From NCBI RefSeq assembly GCF_009914755.1, contig NC_060928.1: a stretch of DNA of 64,000 nucleotides. One strand, written 5' to 3'. The translations under genes and the position numbers were made by a program. Of this stretch, positions 43,596 through 56,508 are shown piece by piece. This DNA comes from the human T2T-CHM13v2.0 reference genome, Homo sapiens. Within the stretch, counting starts at the first letter, position 1; every line of letters begins with the position of its first letter. The notes beneath the pieces are model-generated. The model was given only the letters and a program-made list of their open reading frames with translations, searched no databases and had not been told where the DNA came from.

Positions 43596-44131
43596 TGCTT
43601 GGGTCAGCCTCTAGGATGGACCCCCATGATCCCCACCTCCTGGTATCCGCGCCATGATGCAATCTGCTTACAGCCTAAATCAGGATGAACCATATGACTC
43701 ATAGAACACTGCAGAAGGCATGATGTGTGACTTCAGATGTGAAGTCATAGAGGACAAGGACACAGCCACCTTCTTGGATTTCTCACTCTGTGGAAGGGCA
43801 GTGACATTCCATGAGACAAGCAGTCCTGTGGTGAGGCCCATGTCAAGAAGGCCTGAGATCTCCCACCATCAGCTACAGCCAATTTGTCAGTCACGTGAGT
43901 AAACCACCTGGGACGTGAATCCTCTCGACTTAACCACCTCTTCAGGTGGCCAGAGCCCTAGCCCAGGTCTGACTGCAACCTGATGAGAAACCCTGAGTAG
44001 GAAGACCTGCTTGAGCTGCTCCCAAATTATTGATCCACAGACACTATGAGAGATAATACGTACTTAGTGTTCTTTTAACCCACTACATTTTGGTTGGCTG
44101 TATTTATTACCCTGTAACAGATGACTAATAC
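43596..44131 (+). mobile_element. MLT1F-like (MaLR) solo LTR inserted in an L2
   Basis: 'cagcctctaggatggacccccatgatccccacctcctggtat' ... 'gatccacagacactatgagagataata' ... 'acagatgactaataca'; flanked by L2-like sequence. Confidence 0.75.
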
Positions 44132-44435
44132 ATCTCCTGTGATCAAAACACTTCAGAGGTTCCCCATTTCTCTCAGAGAAATATCCAAAGTCCATAAGGC
44201 CTGTGAGGCCCCTCACATTCTTCCCACCCCCATTACCTCTCTAACTCCATTTTCTACCACTCTCCTTCTTTCCACCTCAACCACAGCTACAGTGACTTCT
44301 TTGCCCTTTCTCAAAACTGCCTCAGGGCCTCTGTACTGGACACTCTCTCCCCACTCCCACTCCCTCCTCCAGGCCTTCACTGAAATGTCTCCCTCTCAGT
44401 GAGGACTTCCTTTCCTAAACTGCAGTACCCCCAAC

Positions 44436-44437
<2 letters not shown>

Positions 44438-44484
<47 letters not shown>
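44438..44484. repeat. (CA)n microsatellite
   Basis: About 23 uninterrupted CA units. Confidence 0.95.
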
Positions 44485-44488
<4 letters not shown>

Positions 44489-45235
44489 CTCTAGTCTTCC
44501 TAGCTCCTTAATTTTTTTTTCCTTAGCACATATCACTATTTCATATACCATATTTGTCATCTATTTTCTGGTTTCCCTTTCTCAGATGTAAGCTAAGTTG
44601 GTGCAGGGGTTTTTGTCTGTTCCCAATGTCTAGAAGAGTGTCTGATTTACAGTAGACACTCCATAAAATTTGTCAAATGAATACACCAGTGTTAAGAGTA
44701 TAAGAGTGTAATAGTACCTTTAAAAATGCCTCAAAGATAAATCTTTTGATTTATCTTTATTTTTAGATCTCTACCCCCACTTTAGCCACTTCTGAAATTT
44801 ACTACTAGAAAAACCTTTTCTTTCGTGAAGAACTGTCTCACAAAAATAGCAGTTAAATAGGAAGCTATCCTAACCCACTGTTTGCCTTTTCCCTTGTGAA
44901 ACTCAGACCAAAATTGAAAGTCATCTATTGTAACTATGTGTTCTTGGCATCTAAACTCTGTTTTGTTTCATCTTGACTTTCTTAATTTCCTAGGTTTTTT
45001 CCTTTGTTCCTATTATTTTATTGTTTTTATTCTATATTGCTTCAAAGACTTTATGAAATTAAGTAAATTATAAATACAAATATAAGTAAGTATACTAGTC
45101 TTTTCTTAAGCTCACAACAAATTATTACAGGTATCTTTGATTCAGTTTATTATAATTACAGAATTGTAAACTTTTCAAGGAATAAATCTTTAAAATCAAC
45201 AAAGGTAATATTTTTATTATTTATTGGGATATTCT

Positions 45236-45551
<316 letters not shown>

Positions 45552-46220
45552 TAAAACATTTTACACGAAAAATATACTTTGAATCAGGAGAGAAACATTT
45601 CAACACAGCATCATTATTTCTCAGTAAAATGGCACATTTTTCCTAATTTCAGATTATTCTTGGAAAATTTTGTTTGCTTCTATGATATAATAAAATTCTG
45701 CTTGAAAATTACGTGTTAAATTGATTCCTTCTCCATTTCCAAAAAACAGAGGAAGGGTTATTTTAAACAATAAAGTGGTTGATTATGTTATCCAATGAAT
45801 CAGCAGGTTTTTTACTGCCTTCACCAGTCATCATTTCTCATTATACACAGAGATCCTCAAAATGAGCAGCAGATACACTCAGTCTGTAGGATCATTTAGC
45901 AACTCGGGGAAGGAGGGTAAGTAGCCTAGATTTTTTTAAAGTTCCCACACCCAAACATCTCAAAAGATCATAAAAAGATAAACAAGTGTTCAGAGATTAA
46001 ATATGGAAAATATTGGTATTGGTTTTGATTCTATAGACAAAAATAAAATACCACTTGGCAGTAGATTTCTCACTTTTTAAGTATTCTTGTATTTGGTGAA
46101 TGGGTAAAAAGATAGTCAAATGAGTTAAATATACATTTAAATAAATGGGCAAATATGTATTATCAATTATCAGTTATCAACCCCATCAATTATTTCATCA
46201 TATCTAAATATATATAATAT

Positions 46221-46485
46221 ATATTCCTCGGCCTGTAAAGTAAACCAACCCCGTCAATAATCTCATTGTATTTAAATATCTATTTAATATATAAATGCTC
46301 TACATTAATATATTTAATATTTAATATGTTGGTCAATATTAAATATGTTTAATAAAGACATATTTAATAAATAATAAATATATTTATATTTCATGTTTGT
46401 ATACAATATTAAATATATAAATATATATGCAAATATGATAAGATCATTTAGGGGGTTGGTTTCCTTCACCAGGCTGAGAAAATAG
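46221..46485. repeat. AT-rich imperfect palindrome (~265 bp)
   Basis: Outer arms aaaccaacccc (46242-46252) / ggggttggttt (46452-46462); perfect inner 12-bp arms at 46337-46348 and 46358-46369; shared centre at ~46353. Confidence 0.8.
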
Positions 46486-47209
46486 TTTAACTGCCATAAA
46501 ATAATCACAAATTTAAAATAATGACATTTTCGCACACTATTTTCAGAGCAGTTTTAGATTTATGAAAAAAATCGAGGAGATAGGAATAGAGTTCTCATAT
46601 AACCCCTCTCTACTCTCTCACAGTTCTATTAGTAACATCTGCGTTTGAGTTGTACATTTCTTACAGTTGATGAACCAATATTGGTACATTATTATGAACT
46701 AAAGTCCATTGTTTACATTAGAGTGCACTCTGTATGTTGTATAGCTCTATGGGTTCTGACACATGCAAAAGGCCCCAGATGTAGTGTATCTAGGTTAATG
46801 TTCTATACGAGCTTGAGAAGAATGCGTATTTTGCTGCAGTTGAATGAGATATAACTATCAATTAAACCCAGGTGATGATGGTACTGTTCACTTCTATTAT
46901 ATTCTTACTGATTTTCTGCCTGTTCGATTTGCCAATTACTAATAGAGGAATACTGAAAACCCCAACTGCAATAATCTATTTGTGTCTATTTCTCCTTGCA
47001 GTTTTACCAGTTTTTGCCTTACCTATTTTGACACTCTGTTGTGAGGTGCATACACAGGATTGTTATGGCTTATTGGACAGCTGGCCCCTTTATCATTATG
47101 TAATGGCCTTCTTTATTCCTAATAATTTCCTTGTCTGAAGTTTGCTTTGTCTGAAGTTAAAATAGTTATTCTAGCTTTCCTTTGATTAGTGTTAGAAAAA
47201 TATATTTTG

Positions 47210-47520
47210 TTGGGCGTGGTGGCTCATGCTGTAATCTCAGCACTTTGGGAGGCTGAAGGAGGAAGGTCTCTTGAGTTCAGGAGTTCAAGACCAGCCTGGG
47301 CAACATAGTGAAACCTCATCTCTACAAAAAATTAAAAATTAGCTTGTTGTGGTGGCACATGCCTGCAGTCCCAGCTACTCAACAGACTGAGGTGGGAGGA
47401 TCACTTGAGCTCAGGAGTTCACGACTGCAGTGTGCCATGACTGTGCCACTGTACTCCAGCCTGGGTGATAGAGTGAGACCCTGTTTCAAAGGTTAAAAAA
47501 AAAAAAGGAAAGAAAAGAAA
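47210..47520 (+). mobile_element. AluJ
   Basis: AluJ diagnostics 'cagcctgggcaacatagtgaaacc', 'gaggtgggaggatcacttgagc' and 'ctgcagtgtgccatgactgtgccactg'. Confidence 0.9.
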
Positions 47521-47743
47521 AATATAACTTTCTCCATTCCTTTTGTGTCTTTATAATTAACATGGATTTCTGGTAAACAACGTAGAGTTGATGCCTGTAT
47601 TTTATTCAATCAGTCGTTGTCTTTTAATTGGTAGACCATTTATATTTAGTGATACTTGATAGAGTTGGATTAATATTTCCCATATATTAATTGTTTTCTG
47701 TTTGTTGCCCTTGTAATTATTTCCCTTTTTTGTCCTCCCCTCT

Positions 47744-48113
47744 TCATATGGTTTGGCTCTGTGCCCCTACCCAAATCTCACGTGGAATTGTAATCCCCAT
47801 AATCCCCACCTGTTGAGAGAGGGACTTGGTGGGAGGTGATTGGGTCATGTGGGTGGTTTTCCCCATGCTGTTCTCGTGATAGTGAGTGAGTTCTCACAAG
47901 ATCTCATGGTTTTATAAGGGGCTCTTCCCGCTTTGCTTCCTCTCACCTGCTGCCATGTACAACATGCCTTTGCTTCTCCTTCGCCTTCTGCCATGATTCT
48001 AAGCTTCCTGAGGCCTCCCCAGCCATGCAGAACTGTGAGTCAAACCTCTTTCCTTTATAAATTACCCAGCCTCAGGTAGTATCTTTATAGTAGTCTGCAA
48101 ATAGACTAATATA
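47744..48113 (+). mobile_element. THE1 (THE1D-like, ERVL-MaLR) solo LTR
   Basis: 'atatggtttggctctgtgcccctacccaaatctca...ccccatgctgttctcgtgatagtgagtgagttctcacaagatct...agactaata'; 5-bp TSD cctct at 47739-47743 and 48114-48118. Confidence 0.92.
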
Positions 48114-49534
48114 CCTCTTTTGCTCCCTTTTCTAGTTTTAATTGAGCATTTTATATGATTCTATTTTCTCTCCTCTCTTAGCATATCTATTATACTTAAA
48201 AATATGTTTTTAGAAATTGTCCTAGAGTTTGCAGTACACATTTACAACTAAGTCCACTTTTCAATAACACTATACCATTTCACAGGTAGTGCAGGTACTG
48301 TATAAAAGATTATTCCCAGTGCCTCTCTCCTGTTCCTTAAAGCATTGCTGTCATTTATTTCATTTATTCATAAACTAATATCACCCAATATATTACTGAT
48401 ATTATTATTTTGAAGTTATCTATGCGATCAATTAAGAATAAGAAACAAATTATAGGTTGGTGGATTTTTCTTTCAACACTCTAAATATTTCACTCTACTC
48501 TCTTTTTCCTTGCATGGTGTCTGAGAAGTCTGATTAATTCTCATCCTTGTTCCTTATAAGTAAGGTGATAGTTTTTCCTCTGACTCCTTTCAATATTTTC
48601 TCTTTGTTTATTTTCCACAATTTGTATACAATATGCCTACATGTAGTTTTTTTAAAATTTATCTTGCTTGGTGTTATCTGATCTTCCTGGATCTGTGGTT
48701 TGATGTCTGTTATTAATTTTAGAAAGTTGTCCACCATTATTAGATACCTAGATAACTATTATTTATGTATCTTCTGCTGCTTTCTTTCTTTTCCTTCTGG
48801 TATTGCTATTACCTGTATTTTATGCCTTTTGTAATTTTCATACAGTTCTTGGAAATTGTGTTTCTTTTTCCTATTCTGTTTTCTGTTTCCATTTAAGTTT
48901 GGGAAGTTTCAACTGACATACCTTCAAGCTCACTGATTCTTTTGCAGCTATCAAAAGTGATTCTCTTTTCTATTGTAGTATTTTTTGTTCTCTAACATTT
49001 CCTTTTGATTCTTTGAGTTTTCATCTTTCTGTTTATTCGTTCTTGCACTTTTCCCAGTTGATCTCTTAGCATATTAGTCATAGCATATTTTAAATTTCCA
49101 GTCTCATAATTCCCAAATCCCTGCCATATCTGAATCTGGTTCTGAGGCTTGCTTTGACATTTCAGAGCTGTGTTTTTTCTTGCCTTTTAGCATGCCTTAT
49201 AATTGTTCATTGAAAGTGAGGCATGATGTATCAGATAATAGAAAACAAGATAAGTAGACCTTTAGTTTTTATGTGTATTGGGCCAGAAGTTAGACTGTGC
49301 TTAATGGTTGTTGTAGCTGTAAGTATCAGAGGCTTCTATTTTCTCTAATATCTTTCTTTTTGTCTCCCCTATTTGTTGTCTTTGGGTTTTCCTAGAGACT
49401 CATTTTTAAGCAGAGTCTGTGTCTTGCAACTCTCTCTAGTTGTGATCCACAGTTATTATACCAAAACACTATTTATGTGGTCGTAAGATATTGGAGAGTT
49501 GATACATTCTATAATGTTATGATAAAATCTCTAT

Positions 49535-50199
49535 TTTTTAATTCTTATTTCTTTTTAAACAATTTTAGATTCAGGAGGCACATGTGCAGGTTTCCTACAT
49601 GGATAGATTCTGTAATGGTGAGGTTTGGGCTTCTAGTAAACCCATCACCCAAATAGTAAACATTACAGCCAATAGGTAATTTTCAATCTTCTCTCCTCTC
49701 CCACGTTTCCCTGTTTTGGAGTCCCTAGCATCTATTATTTTACCTTTATGTCCATGTGTACCCATTGTTTAGCTCCCACTTATAAGTGAGAACATGCAGT
49801 ACTTGATTTTCTGTCTGAGTTATTTCACTTAGGATAATGGCCTCTAGCTCCATTCATGTTGCTGCAAAGGACATGATTTCACTCCTTTTTATGGCTGCAT
49901 AATATTCCATAGTTTATATATACCACATCTTCTTTATCCAATCAACTACTGATGGACACTTAGGATGATTCCTAATTGTGAATAGTACCCCAATAAATAT
50001 ATGAGTGCCAGTGTCATTGATTATAACAATTTCTTTTCCTTCAAGTAGATACCCAATAGTGGGATTGCTGGGCCAAATGGTACTTCTATTTTCAGTTATT
50101 TGAGAAATCCCCATACTGTTTTCCGTAGGGGTTTTACTAGTTTACATTGTCATTAACAGTATATACGCATTCCCTTTTCTCTGTATCTTTGCCAACATC
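49535..50199 (-). mobile_element. L1PA16/L1PB-type 3' fragment nested in the older L1
   Basis: 'ttagattcaggaggcacatgtgcaggtttcctacatgg', 'gctcccacttataagtgagaacatgcagt' and 'cccaatagtgggattgctgggccaaatggta'; imperfect TSD taaaatctctatttt / taaaactctgtttt. Confidence 0.85.
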
Positions 50200-50813
50200 T
50201 AAAACTCTGTTTTCTAGTTGTCCAGAATCCCTGAGCTGTGAACTTCATAAGGGTTTCTTCTTTTGTTTTTCTCCTTATGTGAGAAAGAAAGTGTAGAAGG
50301 TGTTCAAACTGTCTAGTTGCCTTTTCTCTAATTCAGATAAAGCTCTGGGGTAAAGTTTACCTTGAGGACAGGCTTTTGTTTCTGAGTATATTTCAAATAG
50401 TTATTGTTTTCCTCCCACATGCCAGAAAAAAGAGGAAACTTTTGTCCTGTCTTCTGAAAGTAAAACTCATTAATGTGTGGATGCTCCCATATGAATGACT
50501 CCCACTGTCTCTGAGTTTTCAACTCTCAAGTTAGTCCACACTCAGCCTTCAGCAATAGGCCAAATACTGTATAAATGCCCCCCTATCCTTTACTGGCTCC
50601 AGTGGCTTTTGCTGTCCTGATAAGCTGTAATTCTCCGTATTCACCTATTTCTTCAGTTTGCAAAGAGGTGGCATGTCCTATGACATCAATTCTCTGCAGA
50701 TCTAAAAAGAGTAGTTGATTTTTGATTTGCTCATTTTTTTCTTGTTGTGATGATGGAAGTGGAGACTTTCACACCTTTCAAATGTCAGAGCAGAAACCAG
50801 AAGTCCTAGTAAT

Positions 50814-50820
<7 letters not shown>

Positions 50821-50845
<25 letters not shown>
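50821..50845. repeat. (TA)n microsatellite
   Basis: About 12 TA units. Confidence 0.9.
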
Positions 50846-51780
50846 CTTTTGACCACATAAAAGGGGGAGGTGCACAGGTCTTATTATTATCATTTTACAT
50901 ATAAGAAAACTAAGGTTTAAAGAGATTAAATGAGTTTCCATGAGAAATATTGCTAACAGACGAAGCTAAAGTCAGAACCTGGATCTTCTAGTGTCTGCCA
51001 GGACTCTCCCAATACAGACCATTCTGTTTAGGCATTCATGTATACGAAACAATTTGAAAGAAAAATTTTAGTTTAAGAATAGAGTCATGCATGTTTGGAT
51101 TTGCTCTGTGGCATAATGTAAAAGGCAATGGCCTAGCATATCCCTAATGAATCTTCTCAGGCCTAATTCAGCCCCCAACTCACTTTTAGACTTTAGAAAT
51201 TCTCAGCAAATGCTGACACAAGCTTCAGTTTCTCCATGTGAGTGAAGCAAGAATAAACCACATGATCTTGTGACCATGAAGTGAAACAATTCTAGGTTGG
51301 ATTTAGGCCCTATATTTTTGGAAGCAAGTTTGTGTATGTGTGTGTGTCTTAGGTGTGCATGTGTGGAAAGGGGAACTGATTTCTTCAAAATCTTTCTGAA
51401 CTGCTAAATTAATCCTCTTCCTTAAGTGAAAAAGTTTGCTGCTTTAATTCTTTAAATGAAATGTTATTTTGCCTTCCCATCTGCTCATCTGACATGATAG
51501 TCTATGGATGTGATTAATGTTTAAGGCAGAACTTCCTTCTAGGAAATGTCATATTTTAACAGTCCTTGTGTTTTCTCCTTCCTGTGAATGCTACACCCAT
51601 TACCAACCACTGGATGGTCTCGGGTTAAATAGCACTTCCTCAGAGAAGGCTTCTTTGAACTCAGACTAGCACAGAACCTACACTTCCCCTTTCCAACTTA
51701 AAGTTTGCATCCTTTGGTGTATGCGAACCCACATGAAGAGATGTTTTTTTTGTTTTGTTTTTTTTTTGAGAGGACTCCCT

Positions 51781-52040
51781 CACTTTGGGAGGGCGAGGCG
51801 GGCGGATCACCTGAGGTCAGGAGATCGAGACCATCCTGGCTAACACGGTGAAACCCCGTCTCTACTAAAAATACAAAAAAATTAGCCAGGTGTGGTGGTG
51901 GGTGCCTGTAGTCCCAGCTACTCAGGAGGCTGAGGCAGGAGAATCGCTTGAACCCAGGAGGCGGAGGTTGCAGGGAGCCGAGATTGCACCACTGCACTCC
52001 AGCTTGGACGAGAGCGAGACTCCGTCTTAAAAAAAAAAAA
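51781..52040 (+). mobile_element. 5'-truncated Alu (Sc8/Y-like left arm) joined to an inverted Alu tail fragment
   Basis: Begins at 'cactttgggagg'; preceded by 'ttttttgttttgtttttttttgagaggactccct', a reverse-strand Alu 3' end. Confidence 0.9.
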
Positions 52041-52459
52041 TACAGATAAATGGCCTGTACAGATAAATGGCTTAGGTGCATCTACAAAGAATTAGTGATT
52101 ACAAGTGAAATCTTGTAATGTCACAAGAAATGTTAATGACGTCAGTGGTGCAGATGAATTTCTTAATACCAAGTGGAAAAATTCACTTGAGATAATCTTT
52201 TACAATGGTGTGAAATTCCTCAGACTTTTGTTTTATCCATAAACTGCACAAATAATACCTCCCTCTGTGACACTTAGAGAGGGTGACATGCTGAGAGTTT
52301 CCTGAATAATCACCTCTTGAAATACACAAAACTCTTCTAGTTTCCTGGTTGACCGACCCAGGGCTTGACGACTCCTTTTGAGCCACCTGACAATTCAGTC
52401 CAGCACAGCAACTGAAGGAAGGCGTTCCCCAACCTGCTGTCCTATGAAGGCCTCTAGGT

Positions 52460-52830
52460 CACCGGTGCTAAAGCCCTCCTTTCTCCACCCTCCTTAAGTG
52501 GAGGTAAACGTCCCAGCAGGAAGTCAAGGCTGGATTGGCGCTCTTCGCGAGCACCCTGGGAACGGGAGTCTGGGTCACGGGTGCTAGAGCCCTCCCCTCT
52601 CCTCCCGGCCGGTGTATGGGAAATTGTCCCCGCAGAAAGTAAAGGCTGGCCAGGCCGCCCCCAGCACGTAGAGGGAATGAGTCAGGCTCCGGCTCCACAC
52701 TGGCACGTAGTGGGCGGATCGCGCCGGCGCTGAGTAGGAAGGAGCTTCAGCCGCCAGCCCGGAACGCAGTGAGTACAGCCACTCAAAGGAAAGCCAAGTC
52801 GCTTTGCAGGGGAGCGTCTCATGATTTTTC
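52460..52830 (+). promoter_or_regulatory. TMEM144: TMEM144 CpG-rich promoter
   Basis: Local GC/CpG enrichment; GC boxes (ccgccccc ~52655, gggcgg ~52711), reverse CCAAT (~52534), AP-1 TGAGTCA at 52678-52684; followed by a strong donor. Confidence 0.8.
52668..52768 (+). other. TMEM144: TMEM144 non-coding exon 1 (5' end approximate)
   Basis: Donor 'cgca|gtgagt' with GT at 52769-52770, at the 3' edge of the CpG-rich region. Confidence 0.7.
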
Positions 52831-53634
52831 AGAAACGTGCTCATGGTTAAAAAGAAAAATCAAGGCTCGGAATAAATACATTCAAGCACTGTTAATTTTA
52901 GCCCAAAGACAGGCGGTACTTGCCTGGAGATTTGGGAAAATCAACATGAAACTAAAAATGAAATTTTAGTTGGAGTGGAGCAAGCAGTATTGATCAGAAC
53001 ATACCAAATACGAATTTTTTCAAAGTCTGCGTAGAAGTTTAAATTACTAGGAAAAATGTAAAGGAGAAGTATTTACTAATAAATGAAACAAAAGTAATAA
53101 AATAAAAATGAATTAATATAGTTTGACAAAATATCAGCGAACGCTGAAAAGAAAACATTAAAATAATGTTTGAGACTTTTTAGGTTTTGTGCAGGAAGAA
53201 TTGGGAAAAATGTGCTGGATGGAGTGATACTGCTTTTCTTTTCCACAAAAATTTCATTATTTTAGAGAGCGGTAGAGCCTTTTTAAAGACAGTAAGTTAT
53301 TGCCAATTCACAATGAAATAAGATCACATGCTCTGAAATGTACAAGAGCTGCATGCAATAAACTTCATTTATCTATAGGTAATAACTGATTGATGTTTAT
53401 TCAGTAGTCGAAATGCACCTCATGCACTCTAATTAGCACGTCAAATTAGTCTCTCCGTTTCAGAGGTGTAGGGCCTTTGTGGAGCCTTCTCAATAAAATA
53501 ATTTGCCACTCTTGAAGGTTAGACATTCTCTTCTATCAATGTACACATAAAGGTTTTGTTTTGCTTTGCTTGTTGTGAATTAAAATGGGGAGAAAATGAT
53601 GTGTTAGCTATCACCCAGTCATGTGTCTTTTTAG

Positions 53635-53756
53635 TCATAGGTTAGCTTTTCAAGACACTTCCTGCATCTCTGACCTGTTGCACCTCTGTTATCTTGGCAC
53701 CTCTGTTATCTTAGCAGCAAGCACCTGCCTCAGCTGACCCTTGAGCCATAACCCAT
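53635..53756 (+). other. TMEM144: TMEM144 non-coding exon 2 (5'UTR)
   Basis: Acceptor 'gtgtctttttag|tcatag' (alternative AGs at 53640 and 53654); donor 'ccat|gtaagt' with GT at 53757. Confidence 0.6.
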
Positions 53757-54831
53757 GTAAGTCACTGCAGGGCTGAACCTCTCTTTGAGCCTAACAGTAG
53801 AATAATAATTATTTTTATTGAATAGTGTTAATGTGTCAATGTTGAAATGTGCCTCAGTGTGTCTTCCTCAACCACATCCCTATAGAGGATGTTTTCTTAA
53901 TAGCAATGTGTTTTTGTTTTAAGAAAGTCCACACAATTTCAAATACACATTTTCTTTACTAAAGTTTATTGACCAGTTTTGAAGTGATCCTTGTTTTCAG
54001 TTAAACTATCTTTAATAATGGTAAATAACATATTTTGTAGGTTGTTGTATATTTAATATTCTCTGCAAGAACACATAAGGAACAATACATGGACCTTTAA
54101 ATATTTGTCATTGTGAAATAAAATAACAAGGAAAGGTGATTTCAGGTGTACTTTATTCAATACATATATACAAGAAGTTATTACTATAACATTAAATTTG
54201 CAGGAAAAAAGAAACCACTGGATTATTCTGCTTCTATTCCAGAGGGCTTATTCCAAAGGGCCAGTGTGCAAAATATGAATCCAAGATGGCATTGTGGAAA
54301 GACGCTGTACCTCCTGTGATAAAATTACTTTGGTGGTGCTTTTTTCTCATGTATCTCGGGAAACTAAAAATCTGAATTGTATTCAGTGGCCTTTTCCAAA
54401 TGGTAACTTTATGAAAAAATGTCTAATTCTTGGTTATTTGTGGTTTTAGTCCTTTCTTCATAGAGAAGCTAAAGCTGTTAAATAAGCTTAGCAGCGTTAT
54501 CCGCTAAAACTTTCTGCAGTGATGGAACCTACACAGGAGAATTTTTTTTGTAATGTACTAAAAATTTGTCTTCAGGGCTTGTTCTTTTTAAATTGTAGGC
54601 TAGTGATCAAAAATATTTGGTGATAGAATAAATTAACATGAAGTACAAACATTATATATAGTTGTGTAATATCCTATCTGCAAAAAGGAGTCTTAGCGTG
54701 CTTTTGAAAAATTCAATAAATATAATATGTTAATCACAATTTGGTCACAGATTCACGTCTCAATTGTTTCATTTTTTCTTTTATTTCAGAAGCTCCTGAA
54801 AAGTACATCAAGTCTAAAGTGAACCAGCTAA

Positions 54832-55068
<237 letters not shown>

Positions 55069-55222
55069 TAGTGAATAGAGCTTAAAATTAGTCATTTGAC
55101 AGTGCTCATACCAGTTTGTCTGAAAGTCAGAATAGGAGAACCATTAAGGTTGTTTCATGGTAAAGTTAGGGAGGGTACAGTCAGGAAATCTCTTGGGCCA
55201 TTATATGAATGGAAGAAATTTA

Positions 55223-55787
55223 TAGTCAGTTCTACTATAACACCTGTTTTGAAAACATGAATCTTCAACATGATTGATATATTAGAGAACAATGTAAGCA
55301 TAACAGATTTTTGGCTTGCTTATGTGCAATTTTGTCCCTGAGAAACCTCTAGATAGGCACAGAAGACTGCACCTAGATGAATAAAGATGTGTGATAATAC
55401 ACATAATGCACGCAGACACACGTACAATCTTCAAATATCGACCAGCTCCCTTAGTTCATCACATGTGGTTATGATGTATTCCACCCAACCACATCTCCTG
55501 TCCCAACTCCTCACCCAATACCTTCACAGTAACTCGTAAGCTGCAACCCTTTGGATGCTCACTTCCAGGAGCAAACTTCTGGTGTTTTTCAATTAAAATG
55601 CCCTATTTATTACAGCATCATGTAATTAACCAGTTAACCAGTTAAAACTGTACTACTATTTTAATTAGGTTGAGTGTTGTTCTCCTAGCCCCATTTTCCC
55701 ATTATGCTCTGTAGTTTTTACTGCATGATTTTGCATAGTGCAGTGATTTCAAGGAATGCACATGTTACATTATAGCAGAACTGACTA
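55223..55787. mobile_element. TcMar-Tigger DNA transposon with terminal inverted repeats
   Basis: TIRs 'tagtcagttctactataa' ... 'ttatagcagaactgacta'. Confidence 0.75.
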
Positions 55788-56210
55788 ATGTGAATTTTGG
55801 GGAAGGAGAAGCAAGAGTTATTTGTATTTGCCTGACTTCCATATTAAAGCCAGGAGAAGGAATTGAGATTTATGGTGAACACATGTTGGGAATTACTTCC
55901 TTGGTAGTATTTATCACCTGACAGCAGTTGTGTTATTTCCCCAATTCTTTGTCTTCGTGCACTTAGAAAATAGGATTACCTCCTATTTTCCTCCAGGGCC
56001 TTTATTCTCTTTTCCTCTGGAGTTAGGACAAGAATGGGAACTACCCGAAGAACAAAAAAATGGGTAGAGGATCTAGCTTTTTTAGTCTTCCACAATTAGC
56101 TTTGTGATCCTGGGCAAATATTACCAGCTCTGCTGTTTTCAGTTTCTCATTTGTAAAGTGAACAACTTATAAAATGAAGTTTCTTTTCATCTCTGTGATT
56201 CTACTCTTTT

Positions 56211-56508
56211 TATTTTTTATTTTTCATTTTTTTGGGGAGATAGAGTCTCACTCTTTCACCGAGGATGGAGTGAAGTATCATAATCTTGGCTCACAGCAAC
56301 CTCCACCTTTAGGGTTCAAGTGATTCTCATGTCTCAGCCTGCCAAGTAGCTGGAACTACAGGCACACACTACCACACCCGGCTAATTTCTTATATTTATG
56401 GTAGAGACGGAATCTCAAGGGCTGGTCTCGAACTCCTGAGCTCAGGCAGTCCACCTACTTTGGCCTCCCAAAGTGCTAGGATTACAGGCCTAAGCCACCA
56501 CGCCTGGC
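56211..56508 (-). mobile_element. Old Alu (J/Sx-like) with a small internal deletion
   Basis: Reverse Alu; TSD tgattctactctttt at 56196-56210 and 56509-56523. Confidence 0.92.

Larger units (their letters stand above)
46535..50800 (-). mobile_element. Fragmented old L1M complex interrupted by AluJ, THE1 and a younger L1
   Basis: T-rich strand with reverse L1 motifs ('cagagcagttttagattta', 'gcttgagaagaatgcgtattttgctgcagttg'); the ORF at 48534-48737(-) 'NFLKLITDIKPQIQEDQITPSKIN' is L1 ORF1-like. Confidence 0.8.
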
